Shown one piece after another: positions 1 to 8,463 of a DNA stretch of 64,000 nt. The translations under genes were made by a program, and so were the position numbers. The notes beneath the pieces were generated by a model that saw nothing but the letters and a program-made list of their open reading frames with translations, had not been told where the DNA came from and made no database searches. Source of the stretch: Candidatus Kaiserbacteria bacterium. GTDB taxonomy: Bacteria > Patescibacteriota > Minisyncoccia > Phycocordibacterales > UBA2100. The stretch is taken from contig CP066682.1 in the NCBI GenBank assembly GCA_016432285.1, forward strand, positions 118,434-182,433, read 5' to 3'. Numbering within the stretch: the first letter of the stretch is position 1; each line of letters begins with the position of its first letter.

Positions 1-533
1 TCAATGAAGTCGCACGCCCCGTCCGTGTTGGTGACGAAATATGACTCGGTAAGAACTCCGTGCAAAGAGCCATATACCGTCATACCATATCCGTCGTTCT
101 TAATTCCTTTATTGGGTAGATTAAGTGCGTTTACGATAGCCGGATGAATATAGCTTGCAAAGATTTTGTCGTTCTTTTGAGTCACAAAACTTTGAGTGTA
201 ATCCGCCGATGTGTTTGTCGAACCGTTATGGTGAATAGATATAAGCACGGTAGAGCCAGCTGCTTCTGCATTCGCTACTCTATCTTGTCGTGAATCTAAC
301 TGAGCGACTTCGTGATAAGTGCCAACGGGTAAAAGTTTTTCAAGCTCTAATCGAACTGCCCAGTTTACATCCGCTTCTATGACTGGAGTTCCGTTGCAGT
401 CTCCTACCGCACCTGTTTCCCCGTTGCCGTGTCCAGCATCGAGAGCTATGAGTTTTCCGTCAAACGGAGTAGCCGCACTGACTGGAAGTGCCATTGTTAA
501 TACCAGTCCTAGAATCGCTATAGAGTTTTTCAT
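1..533 (-). CDS. N-acetylmuramoyl-L-alanine amidase (Amidase_3 / CwlD-like), 3' end runs off window edge
   Basis: Minus-strand translation from ATG at 533: MKNSIAILGLVLTMALPVSAATPFDGKLIALDAGHGNGETGAVGDCNGTPVIEADVNWAVRLE...LISIHHNGS... Signal peptide plus the DAGHG and HHN motifs are typical of Amidase_3. The frame continues past position 1. Low GC. Confidence 0.6.
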   Translation of the reverse strand, partial: MKNSIAILGLVLTMALPVSAATPFDGKLIALDAGHGNGETGAVGDCNGTPVIEADVNWAVRLELEKLLPVGTYHEVAQLDSRQDRVANAEAAGSTVLISIHHNGSTNTSADYTQSFVTQKNDKIFASYIHPAIVNALNLPNKGIKNDGYGMTVYGSLHGVLTESYFVTNTDGACDFI

Positions 534-580
534 ATATTTTTAATAATACTCTTAACTAATAATTCCTCAATTTGCTCAAA

Positions 581-988
581 TCATTCTCTTTGATTTGAGT
601 CGAAAACAACCTTACCCCCGATAATCATTTTTTGTAGAATCCAACTTTCGTTCTCTAGTCTCATAAGCACAGACCAGTCACTTCTAATCATTGCGCCAAA
701 GCTATTTTGCGAATCTACATACGAAATGACCTGATATGAGCCGTTTCCGTCTGTCCCTGCGTGAACAGGCATTATCGGAAACTCAGCGGTGGACGGCGCT
801 TTGAGTCCTCGTAAGACGAACTGTTGTGCTTGAACATGAAGCTCGATTTCATCTGGCACATACGGCTTATTGGTGGGTGGCGAGCTTTCGCCAAAGAAAA
901 CAAAATATCCCCATGTAAGAAAAAGGAGTGGGGCGACCACCAGCATTATGCCTTTTGGTATTGTTCGTTGTTTTGTAAAAACATTCAT
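581..988 (-). CDS. hypothetical membrane-anchored protein, upstream of the amidase
   Basis: 135-aa ORF with an N-terminal hydrophobic segment (IMLVVAPLLFLTWGYFVFF). Low GC, same strand as the amidase. No recognisable motif. Confidence 0.4.
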   Translation of the reverse strand: MNVFTKQRTIPKGIMLVVAPLLFLTWGYFVFFGESSPPTNKPYVPDEIELHVQAQQFVLRGLKAPSTAEFPIMPVHAGTDGNGSYQVISYVDSQNSFGAMIRSDWSVLMRLENESWILQKMIIGGKVVFDSNQRE

Positions 989-1071
989 ATATGGAATCAG
1001 CTACCCTCATTTGCATTATATAACAATATAACAAGTAGTTATATTCCATATAGTTATAGAACATAGATGGT

Positions 1072-1293
1072 ATGAAGAAGACCATTTATGATGATGACTA
1101 CAAAATCTTTGTTAGGAAGCTAAAGAAAGCTCGTAGCGAATCGGGTTTGACTCAGATTCAAGCAGCAAAAAAGCTTGGTTCTACCCAAGCGTATATTTCA
1201 AAAGTAGAGTCTGGTCAGTTGCGAGTCGATGTTTCTCAACTGAAAAAGTTTGCCACCATGTACGGAAAAAGCATCAGCTACTTTTTAAAGTAG
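1072..1293 (+). CDS. XRE-family helix-turn-helix transcriptional regulator (possible RM controller/C protein)
   Basis: 73 aa; LTQIQAAKKLGSTQAYISKVESGQ is a Cro/C1-type HTH signature. Sits immediately upstream of the RM genes. Confidence 0.6.
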   Translation: MKKTIYDDDYKIFVRKLKKARSESGLTQIQAAKKLGSTQAYISKVESGQLRVDVSQLKKFATMYGKSISYFLK

Positions 1294-1304
1294 CCTGCTT
1301 TGAT

Positions 1305-1541
1305 TTAGATGTCCTGTAGAAGTTTTGAAATAGAAACACCTATGCCTTTAGCAAGCTTGCTTATTGTAAAAAGAGTCGGATTCTTTTTTCCTTGTTCGAG
1401 ATTGCTTATATAACTTTTATCCGCGCGGATAGATTTCGCAATTTGCATTTGAGACAATCCTGCCTTCAAACGCGCCTTCCTTAGATTCCTTCCGAATCGC
1501 GGGTAAAGATCGTTTCTCATGAAGTTATCCACAGAATACAT
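1305..1541 (-). CDS. XRE-family helix-turn-helix transcriptional regulator
   Basis: 78 aa; LSQMQIAKSIRADKSYISNLEQGKKNP is a Cro/C1-type HTH. Convergent with the previous regulator; the stop codons are 11 nt apart. Confidence 0.6.
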   Translation of the reverse strand: MYSVDNFMRNDLYPRFGRNLRKARLKAGLSQMQIAKSIRADKSYISNLEQGKKNPTLFTISKLAKGIGVSISKLLQDI

Positions 1542-1622
1542 CGTTACTTTTTAATAAGATAGTTGTATTATAGTACAACCAGTGTATAATACAAGGGTAA
1601 TGCTAAAATATAACTATCCCTC

Positions 1623-2642
1623 ATGAGATATTACGGCTGTAAAACAAAGCTTTTGGATTATATTTCTGATGTCGTTGCATCTCTTTCTGTAAAAAAAGGG
1701 GCAACTTTTTTTGATATCTTCAGTGGTACTGCTGCAGTCGGGAAACATTTTAAGAGACTGGATTACACGGTCTACTCAAATGACTTTTTAGAGTTTGCAC
1801 ATGCCTTTGCACGTTGCTATATCGAGACAAACTCAAAGCCCAGGTTCGCTAACCTGAAGATTAACGAGGATGTTATTGCGTACTTGAATGAGTTGAAAGG
1901 AAAAGTTGGTTTTATTACAAAGAACTACTCGCCTTATGGAAAAAATGTCCGCCAGTATATTTCCGTGGAGAACGCAAAGAAGGTTGATGTTATAAGGGAA
2001 ACTATTGAATCTTGGAAAAAATCAAAGAAAATATCATCAACGGAGTATTACTACCTTATAACCAGTCTGATAGACGCGATTAATCTGGTAAGCAACGTTA
2101 CTGGAACTTATGCCGCATATTTGAAGACTTGGGACGCTCGTGCTTTGAAGCCAATGAAGCTTTCGCACCCCAAAATAATCCCGAGCATTAGAGAGAACAA
2201 ATCGTTTAATGAAGATGCAAATAAGTTAATCAGTAAATATCGCGTAGATATTTTATATTTAGACCCGCCGTATAACGCCAGACAATTCGCCTCTAATTAT
2301 TTTTTTCTTGAGTTGATAGCAGAGGGATGGTTTAAAAAACAACCTGAGATATATGGCGGTTCGGGAATGCGTCCTTACGAACACCAAAAATCTGATTACT
2401 CGATTTCAAGAAAAGCGGCAGATGCTCTGAACGATTTAGTGATGAAAGCGAAAGCAAAATACATCTTATTGAGCTATAACAATGAGGGCATTATCCCTCA
2501 CGAAAAGATAAGAGAGATACTTAGCAAGCGTGGAAAAGTTAAAGTATTCGAGAAAAGTCATCGAAGATATCGTGCAATCAATCAAGACGGTAGTAATGTT
2601 GTAACGAAAGAGAGCTTGTTTCTAGTTAAAGTCGAAAAATGA
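1623..2642 (+). CDS. DNA adenine methyltransferase, D12 (Dam-like, alpha) class
   Basis: 339 aa. AdoMet motif I (FDIFSGTAAVG) lies N-terminal and catalytic motif IV (DILYLDPPYN) C-terminal, which is the alpha order of D12-class N6-adenine MTases. Confidence 0.75.
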   Translation: MRYYGCKTKLLDYISDVVASLSVKKGATFFDIFSGTAAVGKHFKRLDYTVYSNDFLEFAHAFARCYIETNSKPRFANLKINEDVIAYLNELKGKVGFITKNYSPYGKNVRQYISVENAKKVDVIRETIESWKKSKKISSTEYYYLITSLIDAINLVSNVTGTYAAYLKTWDARALKPMKLSHPKIIPSIRENKSFNEDANKLISKYRVDILYLDPPYNARQFASNYFFLELIAEGWFKKQPEIYGGSGMRPYEHQKSDYSISRKAADALNDLVMKAKAKYILLSYNNEGIIPHEKIREILSKRGKVKVFEKSHRRYRAINQDGSNVVTKESLFLVKVEK

Positions 2643-2643
2643 T

Positions 2644-3447
2644 ATGGCATCAAAAATGAACAACTTGTCGGGAAAAGAGTGGTTGCAAAACTCTTTTACT
2701 ATCTGGAGAGATATCGCAAAAACAAATGGCGAACGAAAACTAAAACACCCAGCGATGTTTCCTTCGCAACTTGCTGAGAAGCTAATCAATATCTACACAA
2801 AAGACCCCGGAGAGGTCATTTTAGACCCATTTTTGGGCATTGGCTCAACTCTATTGGCCGCTTATAGAACTGGTAGAAAAGGAATCGGGATTGAGTTAAA
2901 TAAAGATTATTGCAAGATAGCAAAAACAAGAGCAACTGAATATCAAGGAGAGATTTTTGAAACAAACATAGAAAGATTTGCTCCAGAAGTATATTGCGCA
3001 GATTCACGCAATTTACTGAAGTATGTGAAACCAGAATCAGTAGACTTAGTTGTTACTTCCCCGCCATACTGGGATATTCTCAACATGAAAAGAAGCGCAG
3101 ATTCTAAAGAGATTCGCAACTATTCTGACTCAAAAAAAGATTTAGGAAACATCAACGACTACGAAGCATATTTGCAAGACTTAAAGGCAGTCTTTGAGAA
3201 AGTTTATGTGGCATTAAAACCAAATAAACGATGCTGTTCAGTTGTTATGGATATTCGAAAAAAAGATAAATTCTATCCTTTGCACGAAGACCAGACTAGA
3301 ATAATGAAAGAGATTGGTTTTGAGATTGAAGAGTATGTAATCTGGGATAGACAGAAAGAATACAACAACATGAAAACACTCGGATATCCGTATGTTTTCC
3401 GATTTAACAAGGTACACGAGTTTGTTTGTATCTACTGGAAGCGGTAG
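2644..3447 (+). CDS. DNA methyltransferase, N6_N4_Mtase family (permuted motif order)
   Basis: 267 aa. KHPAMFPSQLAEKLI...VILDPFLGIGSTLLAA (motif X plus motif I) is followed about 70 aa later by DLVVTSPPYW (motif IV). The start is 2 nt after the preceding MTase stop. Confidence 0.75.
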   Translation: MASKMNNLSGKEWLQNSFTIWRDIAKTNGERKLKHPAMFPSQLAEKLINIYTKDPGEVILDPFLGIGSTLLAAYRTGRKGIGIELNKDYCKIAKTRATEYQGEIFETNIERFAPEVYCADSRNLLKYVKPESVDLVVTSPPYWDILNMKRSADSKEIRNYSDSKKDLGNINDYEAYLQDLKAVFEKVYVALKPNKRCCSVVMDIRKKDKFYPLHEDQTRIMKEIGFEIEEYVIWDRQKEYNNMKTLGYPYVFRFNKVHEFVCIYWKR

Positions 3448-3951
3448 TTAGTTGAGCAGGAAGTCCTTTTTGTTGAAAGGTACAATGGAGTTTTGATTTA
3501 TTGAATCTGATTTCTCATCCCAAGCAAAAATAGTTATTTCTCCACCGCCATTAAGTTGTAGAATTCGTTTTCTAATGTCATCGTCAAGCAATAGTATATT
3601 TACTTCACTTGAAAGTCCTCTGGTAGAAGCAAGAAATACAAGGGTGGATTTTGTAAGACGAGCGTAGCAGTTGATTTCTCCGATTTCTTTCAAACTGAGC
3701 GCAGAGGTCGATCTGTTTAACAACACGACTTCCTTATGCTTAGTCGTTTTGTCTTGGATGATACCAAACACATCTGGCTTGAAGTCCCACGATGAATAAT
3801 TCTGAAGTCCTTTAATATGTTCGTTATTTAGTTTTGCCAGACTTGAAGTTGGAGCTAACACTTCAAGTACTGTATGTGTGGAAGCAAGCTTTCTTTTAAA
3901 AAAACTTTCTAACCACTGTCTCATTTTTTCTGTAAAATCATTTTTTTCCAT
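3448..3951 (-). CDS. hypothetical protein, RM-associated (possible specificity/accessory subunit)
   Basis: The ORF track gives 183 aa from 3999. An internal start MEKNDF at about 3951 would begin just after the upstream nuclease stop (3956); the longer form overlaps that gene by 44 nt. No recognisable motif. Confidence 0.35.
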   Translation of the reverse strand: MEKNDFTEKMRQWLESFFKRKLASTHTVLEVLAPTSSLAKLNNEHIKGLQNYSSWDFKPDVFGIIQDKTTKHKEVVLLNRSTSALSLKEIGEINCYARLTKSTLVFLASTRGLSSEVNILLLDDDIRKRILQLNGGGEITIFAWDEKSDSINQNSIVPFNKKDFLLN

Positions 3952-3955
3952 ATTT

Positions 3956-5590
3956 TTATATCTCGATAGATTCGAGGGATTTGCCTGTCCAAACTCCAAG
4001 TTTTATACGCTTTCCTTTGGAGTATTCCAGTAAGTCAGGACGTGCTTTTAAAATCATGACAAGTGATGTCGCGATTGGTTTGTTGGAGACAAGTAAAGCT
4101 TCTTCAGGTTGAGCAACAAAACAATATCCTAAGAGTTGCCCGATTGCTTTCAAATCAAGGGGCGTTATTTTGGCTTCAATAAAAGCAATACGGCGCGTTT
4201 TTGTTAAAAAGCCCACGATGTCAGGACGAATTCTGTACTGGTCGCAGTAATCAAAGACTTCGAGCAGGCTTGGGTTTCTATTTTTCAAAAATAGATTTAG
4301 ATTTCCTGCTGACGTATCAAATGTTATTACATCCTCTTCATATTTTTTGGTTAGATACTCATGCAGATAATCCGAAAGTGGCTCGTATAGAGAAGATTCA
4401 AGTACTGATTCTGCATCTTGTTCTTTCCGCAGCTTCTTTTCAGTTGGTTCTGCGCCTTTTGCAAAAGCTTCCTCTTTAAGTTTTGTGCTAATCGCATCTC
4501 TTTCTCTCATAAGAACGTCTATATCCCCATCGCCTTTCGAATCGCCCGTTAATGCAAAGTACTCTAGATTTTTTGAATGTTTCTGTAATTCGCCTAGGAA
4601 TTTGCAACCCATAGCTAGGTTTATTTGCCAGAATGCGTCGAAGTGCTTCCTAGCGGGTTCTGGTATCCGCAAATCCTGTTCTCCCGGATGATATGCTTTG
4701 ATTTTTCCGGTTGTAACTTTGGACGGTGGAAACCAATCATCTTTATCTTTAAAGACTGTGGCGACATTATGATTATGCAACTCATCGAAAAGAGACTGTT
4801 TTGAACTTATCCTGAACTTAAACATTCCATAGTATTCGGGAAAGAACTTTAGTTGATGTTCACGGCTCCAAGTTGTCGGACGAGCATTAAAAAAGTCGGT
4901 AAGATTTGCATCTCTGATGTTGGGATGTCCCCAGTCAATGGTGTGAATAGGGAGTCCGAACTCTGAACGTAAAAAATTATCTATCTCGACAGGCAGGTGC
5001 CAGTTTCGCACTAACTGAAAATATACTCTCATTCTGCCGTGTCCTTTTTCACCGTCACGGTTTAACCAACCGCCAGGAGAAGGAAAACCAGAAGTGTCTA
5101 GCAATCCATTTATAAATTCGATTTTCGATGCTTTCTCTACTTCGTGAATGGCTTTTGGTATATGGAATCTATCAAAACTCGTGTCTGGCACAAAATGTGA
5201 AAGTACCTCATCAAATACTTTTCCATAGTCTTGAAAATCCACGACCAATAAAGTCATGGTTTTGTTGCCTGTTATATCGAACTTCGCGCCTATCTCTTTG
5301 CTGAGAAACGGGATGATTACATTCTTTAATGACTCAACAGCAGATACTGGTTGGTTGTATGTTTTCTTTACTGAAGGGTCAACGGGTTTACCACAAGCAG
5401 GATTTTTGCACTTCAGGCCGTTGCCATTATTGGTTGCCAGCCAACCGCATACGGGACAATGTGCAATACCTTCCGCATATTCGTTGGCATGTGAAAATTC
5501 GATAGCGATTATTTTGCTATCGTGAAATAGGTGTCCTCTCCCTGTTATGAGCCCTAAAAAATAGGAAAATGTGGGTGTAATGGATTTCAT
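3956..5590 (-). CDS. putative restriction endonuclease: LAGLIDADG-like/zinc-ribbon N-terminal region plus C-terminal PD-(D/E)xK nuclease
   Basis: 544 aa. N-terminal FLGLITGRGHLF and FINGLLDTSGF resemble paired LAGLIDADG motifs. CPVCGWLATNNGNGLKCKNPACGKP is a Cys4 zinc ribbon. The C-terminal YRIRPDIVGF...RRIAFIEAK fits the D...(D/E)xK nuclease core. Adjacent to two MTases. Confidence 0.55.
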   Translation of the reverse strand: MKSITPTFSYFLGLITGRGHLFHDSKIIAIEFSHANEYAEGIAHCPVCGWLATNNGNGLKCKNPACGKPVDPSVKKTYNQPVSAVESLKNVIIPFLSKEIGAKFDITGNKTMTLLVVDFQDYGKVFDEVLSHFVPDTSFDRFHIPKAIHEVEKASKIEFINGLLDTSGFPSPGGWLNRDGEKGHGRMRVYFQLVRNWHLPVEIDNFLRSEFGLPIHTIDWGHPNIRDANLTDFFNARPTTWSREHQLKFFPEYYGMFKFRISSKQSLFDELHNHNVATVFKDKDDWFPPSKVTTGKIKAYHPGEQDLRIPEPARKHFDAFWQINLAMGCKFLGELQKHSKNLEYFALTGDSKGDGDIDVLMRERDAISTKLKEEAFAKGAEPTEKKLRKEQDAESVLESSLYEPLSDYLHEYLTKKYEEDVITFDTSAGNLNLFLKNRNPSLLEVFDYCDQYRIRPDIVGFLTKTRRIAFIEAKITPLDLKAIGQLLGYCFVAQPEEALLVSNKPIATSLVMILKARPDLLEYSKGKRIKLGVWTGKSLESIEI

Positions 5591-5677
5591 GCGACATTAG
5601 CCTGTCGCTAAAATCCTCGCATTTTTTAGGGCAAAAGTACAGCCATACTACTATATATTTGTTGTTTTATAAGCCAA

Positions 5678-5885
5678 CCACCATTTTGGTTGGTCTGCAA
5701 AAAATTTCACGAAGAGTATCCGCCTACTTATATGGCACAATGCAGGCCTGTTTTTTTTACTACTTTTTACAAACCGACCACCAATTTGTTCGTACCGCTA
5801 AAACGGTGAAACCTCTCTTTCCAAGCCGACCTCTAGGATGGTCGGTTTGCAAAGATGCCCTTTCCGTAAGGCAGAGCATCATTTT
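5678..5885. repeat. three degenerate hairpin-containing repeat units (AAGCCRACC...GGTYGGT(C/T)TGCAAA)
   Basis: Unit 1: taagccaaccaccattttggttggtctgcaaa. Unit 2: aaaccgaccaccaatttgttcg. Unit 3: aagccgacctctaggatggtcggtttgcaaa. Each has a CCRACC/GGTYGG inverted repeat. Intergenic, between the nuclease gene start and the 2TM gene stop. Confidence 0.4.
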
Positions 5886-6058
5886 TTATAAAAATCTGCC
5901 TGTGTTGGCACTCGTTTTTGAAGTTCGGCTTGCTCCTGAAGTTTTTGAATGACTCATCCATAGGCCACTTTTACTGGCCTCGCACCAACAAAGTTTCTGC
6001 TTCTGTAAAAAGACTCACTCGCGTGCGTACGCGAAATTATAGCGGTCTATTTGCAGTG

Positions 6059-6682
6059 TCAGCGAGTTTCTACTCGCTTCACCTCGATTGTTCCAAAGTT
6101 GTTCCTATCTCTTCCTGAGTAGTAGTATCCTGCCAATGAATTACTATCGGGGCCATAGGTTAATTTTGCTGAGCCTTCGTGCATAGCCATTGTCTGTGTA
6201 GCATCGTATGACGGTTCATTCCTGAAAAAGTAAAACAGTGCTACTCGGTTATCTATCTCACTTCTACCAAAGTTTTCATGGATGCTAACGGACTTCGATT
6301 TGTTAAAAGTTCCACAGATTTTTATTTTTGTTGCAGTTTGCTCGATTACAAGCTGCGCCTCTATGTCAGTTGCAAAGTTGTCGTAAGAAGATTTTAAACT
6401 GCCGACCCACTTTCCATTTAAATCATCGGCTACAATAATGCCGAGCCGTTTAAAGATTTTCTTTTTCCAAAGAAATCTATCAAACAACACAAAAAGAAAA
6501 GCATACACCGCAGGAATAGACGGTGTTTCAATATAAAAAGGCACGACAATCCCGTATGACTTCAAGGTGTAAGAAATCATATAGACGACTACGGCACTGA
6601 TACCAACTAATATCAAAATGAATGCCGTGAACTGTTTGTAGTTGTTGCCGTCGATGTTCATATAGATGTCCAGTTGTCCCAC
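6059..6682 (-). CDS. 2TM effector with predicted beta-rich C-terminal domain (Cap15-like; CBASS/NTase-associated membrane effector)
   Basis: 207 aa. Two N-terminal hydrophobic helices (FTAFILILVGISAVVVYMISYTL; IPAVYAFLFVLFDRFLW), then about 130 aa with eight alternating beta-like segments (KWVGSLKSS, AQLVIEQ, KIKICGTF, SVSIHENF, VALFYFF, MAMHEGSAKLTY, LAGYYYSG, GTIEVKRV). Overlaps the upstream NTase gene by 25 nt. Confidence 0.5.
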   Translation of the reverse strand: MGQLDIYMNIDGNNYKQFTAFILILVGISAVVVYMISYTLKSYGIVVPFYIETPSIPAVYAFLFVLFDRFLWKKKIFKRLGIIVADDLNGKWVGSLKSSYDNFATDIEAQLVIEQTATKIKICGTFNKSKSVSIHENFGRSEIDNRVALFYFFRNEPSYDATQTMAMHEGSAKLTYGPDSNSLAGYYYSGRDRNNFGTIEVKRVETR

Positions 6683-7572
6683 AAGTGAGCCAATGCACTT
6701 AGTGTTTTTGTCGCGTTGTCATGATGCCAGTGAATACCGGAGTTTCCGAAAAGTTCATGCTGTCCGCTTTGGGTGGTAAAATCTTGCTTGTTGTTTTCGA
6801 TGAGATATTTCAGCGTGTTATAGACGGCCGTACTGTCGTTTCCTGCGAAATGTTCGTTTGGCACATTGTAAATCATGCACTGCAAGAAATATGAGGGCGC
6901 GACGTCTTTGTGGAGAAGTCCTTTGTCTACTGCGTATGCTCGTGCATTTTTGATAATACGAACAATCCTTTTAAAAGCATCAGAGGTCGCTTTGTGTTTG
7001 GCGACGCCGTTGGAATAGTGTTGGTCTGGGTAGTTTATAACCTCTGCATTTGTCATTCGGTGATAGAACATAATACCCTCTACTTTGGCGTGATTCGTGT
7101 GGCCTAGAAAGTAAGAATAGTTGCGGTGCGCGATTACTGGCACGATGTCTGCACGCAAACGGCCATTATTTTTTTGCACTTTGATTGATTTGTTTCCCGA
7201 GACATCAACAGAAGCCACACCATAATACTCATTCAATGCTGTAATAATGTCGCGACGTAAATGCGACCAGTCATATGTCGCTACTGGATATGTTTGCTCG
7301 TGAAGCAAGAACTGATTTGTTGGAAGTGAGTACTTGTTCGAGCCAAAGACATTGAGCCGCACGAGCACATCTACATCACTGTCGCCTCTGGTGTTTGTGT
7401 CGTTTGCGTACGACCCCTGCAAATCGACTCGTATATTGCCCGAGGCAATCTTTTCTCGAATCGGTGACTTACTACCAGTCAGCGCGTTCCTGACCGACTG
7501 GTATGTGGTACTAGAAAGGTCTTTTGAACCTTGTTTTGCCCATGTTTCCAATTGGTCAGCGGGTATCGCCAT
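6658..7572 (-). CDS. minimal nucleotidyltransferase, CD-NTase/SMODS-like (putative signal synthase)
   Basis: 304 aa. GSYANDTNTRGDSDVDVLV matches the pol-beta NTase signature [GS]-x10-[DE]h[DE]h. The size and the downstream 2TM partner are typical of type I CBASS-like operons. Low GC. Confidence 0.6.
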   Translation of the reverse strand: MAIPADQLETWAKQGSKDLSSTTYQSVRNALTGSKSPIREKIASGNIRVDLQGSYANDTNTRGDSDVDVLVRLNVFGSNKYSLPTNQFLLHEQTYPVATYDWSHLRRDIITALNEYYGVASVDVSGNKSIKVQKNNGRLRADIVPVIAHRNYSYFLGHTNHAKVEGIMFYHRMTNAEVINYPDQHYSNGVAKHKATSDAFKRIVRIIKNARAYAVDKGLLHKDVAPSYFLQCMIYNVPNEHFAGNDSTAVYNTLKYLIENNKQDFTTQSGQHELFGNSGIHWHHDNATKTLSALAHLWDNWTSI

Positions 7573-7573
7573 G

Positions 7574-7783
7574 TTAGTCCAGATTATTTCCCTCTTTCCC
7601 GTCAGGGTTTGAAACAGGTGTTCTCACTCCGTTAACGACACGGACATGATAATTTTCATAGTCGCCACATTCTATTTTTTGCACGAACTGAGTGCGTGTC
7701 ATATTTCTGCCAGTAGCGTTGTCATGAAACTGAAGATTCCGACCTGATTCGCTTTCGTCCGTGACTGTTACTCTTTTTGCCAT
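7574..7783 (-). CDS. small conserved protein, DUF3892-like
   Basis: 69 aa. TRTQFVQKIECGDYENYHVRVVNGVRTPVSNPDGKEGNNLD recalls the DUF3892 pattern (call made from memory). Only 1 nt from the NTase start, same strand. Confidence 0.35.
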   Translation of the reverse strand: MAKRVTVTDESESGRNLQFHDNATGRNMTRTQFVQKIECGDYENYHVRVVNGVRTPVSNPDGKEGNNLD

Positions 7784-7784
7784 G

Positions 7785-8414
7785 TTAGTTTAGTGGGTTA
7801 GGTATGCTGTTAATGACTACTCCCTGCACCATGAAATCGCCCTCAAGGATAATCGGCTTATGTGCAGGGTTGCTCGACCGAGGCACGAGTACCACCTTGT
7901 CTCCTTTTCTTTGAAACTCCTTGACGGTGGCGTCATCACCGATGAGGGCAACAACACGCTCTCCGTTGTCTGCAACAGGTTGCTGTCGAACTACGAGCAG
8001 GTCGCCGTCCTTGATTCCACTTTTGTTCATGGAGTCACCCGTAGCTCGGAGCAGAAAATACTGCGCCCCTGGTTTCGCAATTCGCTGAGAAACAGGAACC
8101 CATGCTTCTATGTTTTCTTCCGCTAAGAGCGGTAGCCCGCATGGAACTGAACCGACAAGAGGTATTTCCACTACACGTTCTGTCTCCGTTCTTCCGCCGA
8201 GGTCTTTTAGCAACCGCAAGCTACCCATAGCGGTACGTTCAAGGTAGCCCAGGTCTACGAGTCGTTCGATAAGGAGTGCCGCAGAACGAGAGGAGCCGAA
8301 TCCCATATGCTTCGAAATCTCCCGTAATGTAGGAGATTTACCACGATAAATAATGTAGTCGCGGATATAGAAAAGCCCTTTAAAATCTCGGGGGTTTAAG
8401 CCTTTGGTACTCAT
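7785..8414 (-). CDS. lexA: LexA-like repressor (HTH plus S24 peptidase)
   Basis: N-terminal HTH (TLREISKHMGFGSSRSAALLIERLVDLGYLER). C-terminal S24 Ser/Lys dyad region (LLRATGDSMNKSGIKDGDLLVV...KVV). The ORF track starts at TTG 8423; the first ATG is at 8414. GC is intermediate (about 52%). Confidence 0.8.
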   Translation of the reverse strand: MSTKGLNPRDFKGLFYIRDYIIYRGKSPTLREISKHMGFGSSRSAALLIERLVDLGYLERTAMGSLRLLKDLGGRTETERVVEIPLVGSVPCGLPLLAEENIEAWVPVSQRIAKPGAQYFLLRATGDSMNKSGIKDGDLLVVRQQPVADNGERVVALIGDDATVKEFQRKGDKVVLVPRSSNPAHKPIILEGDFMVQGVVINSIPNPLN

Positions 8415-8463
8415 GGTACTCAAAGCTTACCATATGCGTTTTTTATTTGCAAGCCCCCCTCTT

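Noticed and set aside
319-543. 74-aa plus-strand ORF
   Set aside because: Lies entirely inside and antisense to the amidase gene, which has clear Amidase_3 motifs.
5659-6118. 97-aa and 66-aa plus-strand ORFs in the RM/NTase spacer
   Set aside because: Poor codon usage, no RBS, and they overlap the hairpin-repeat units; considered non-coding.
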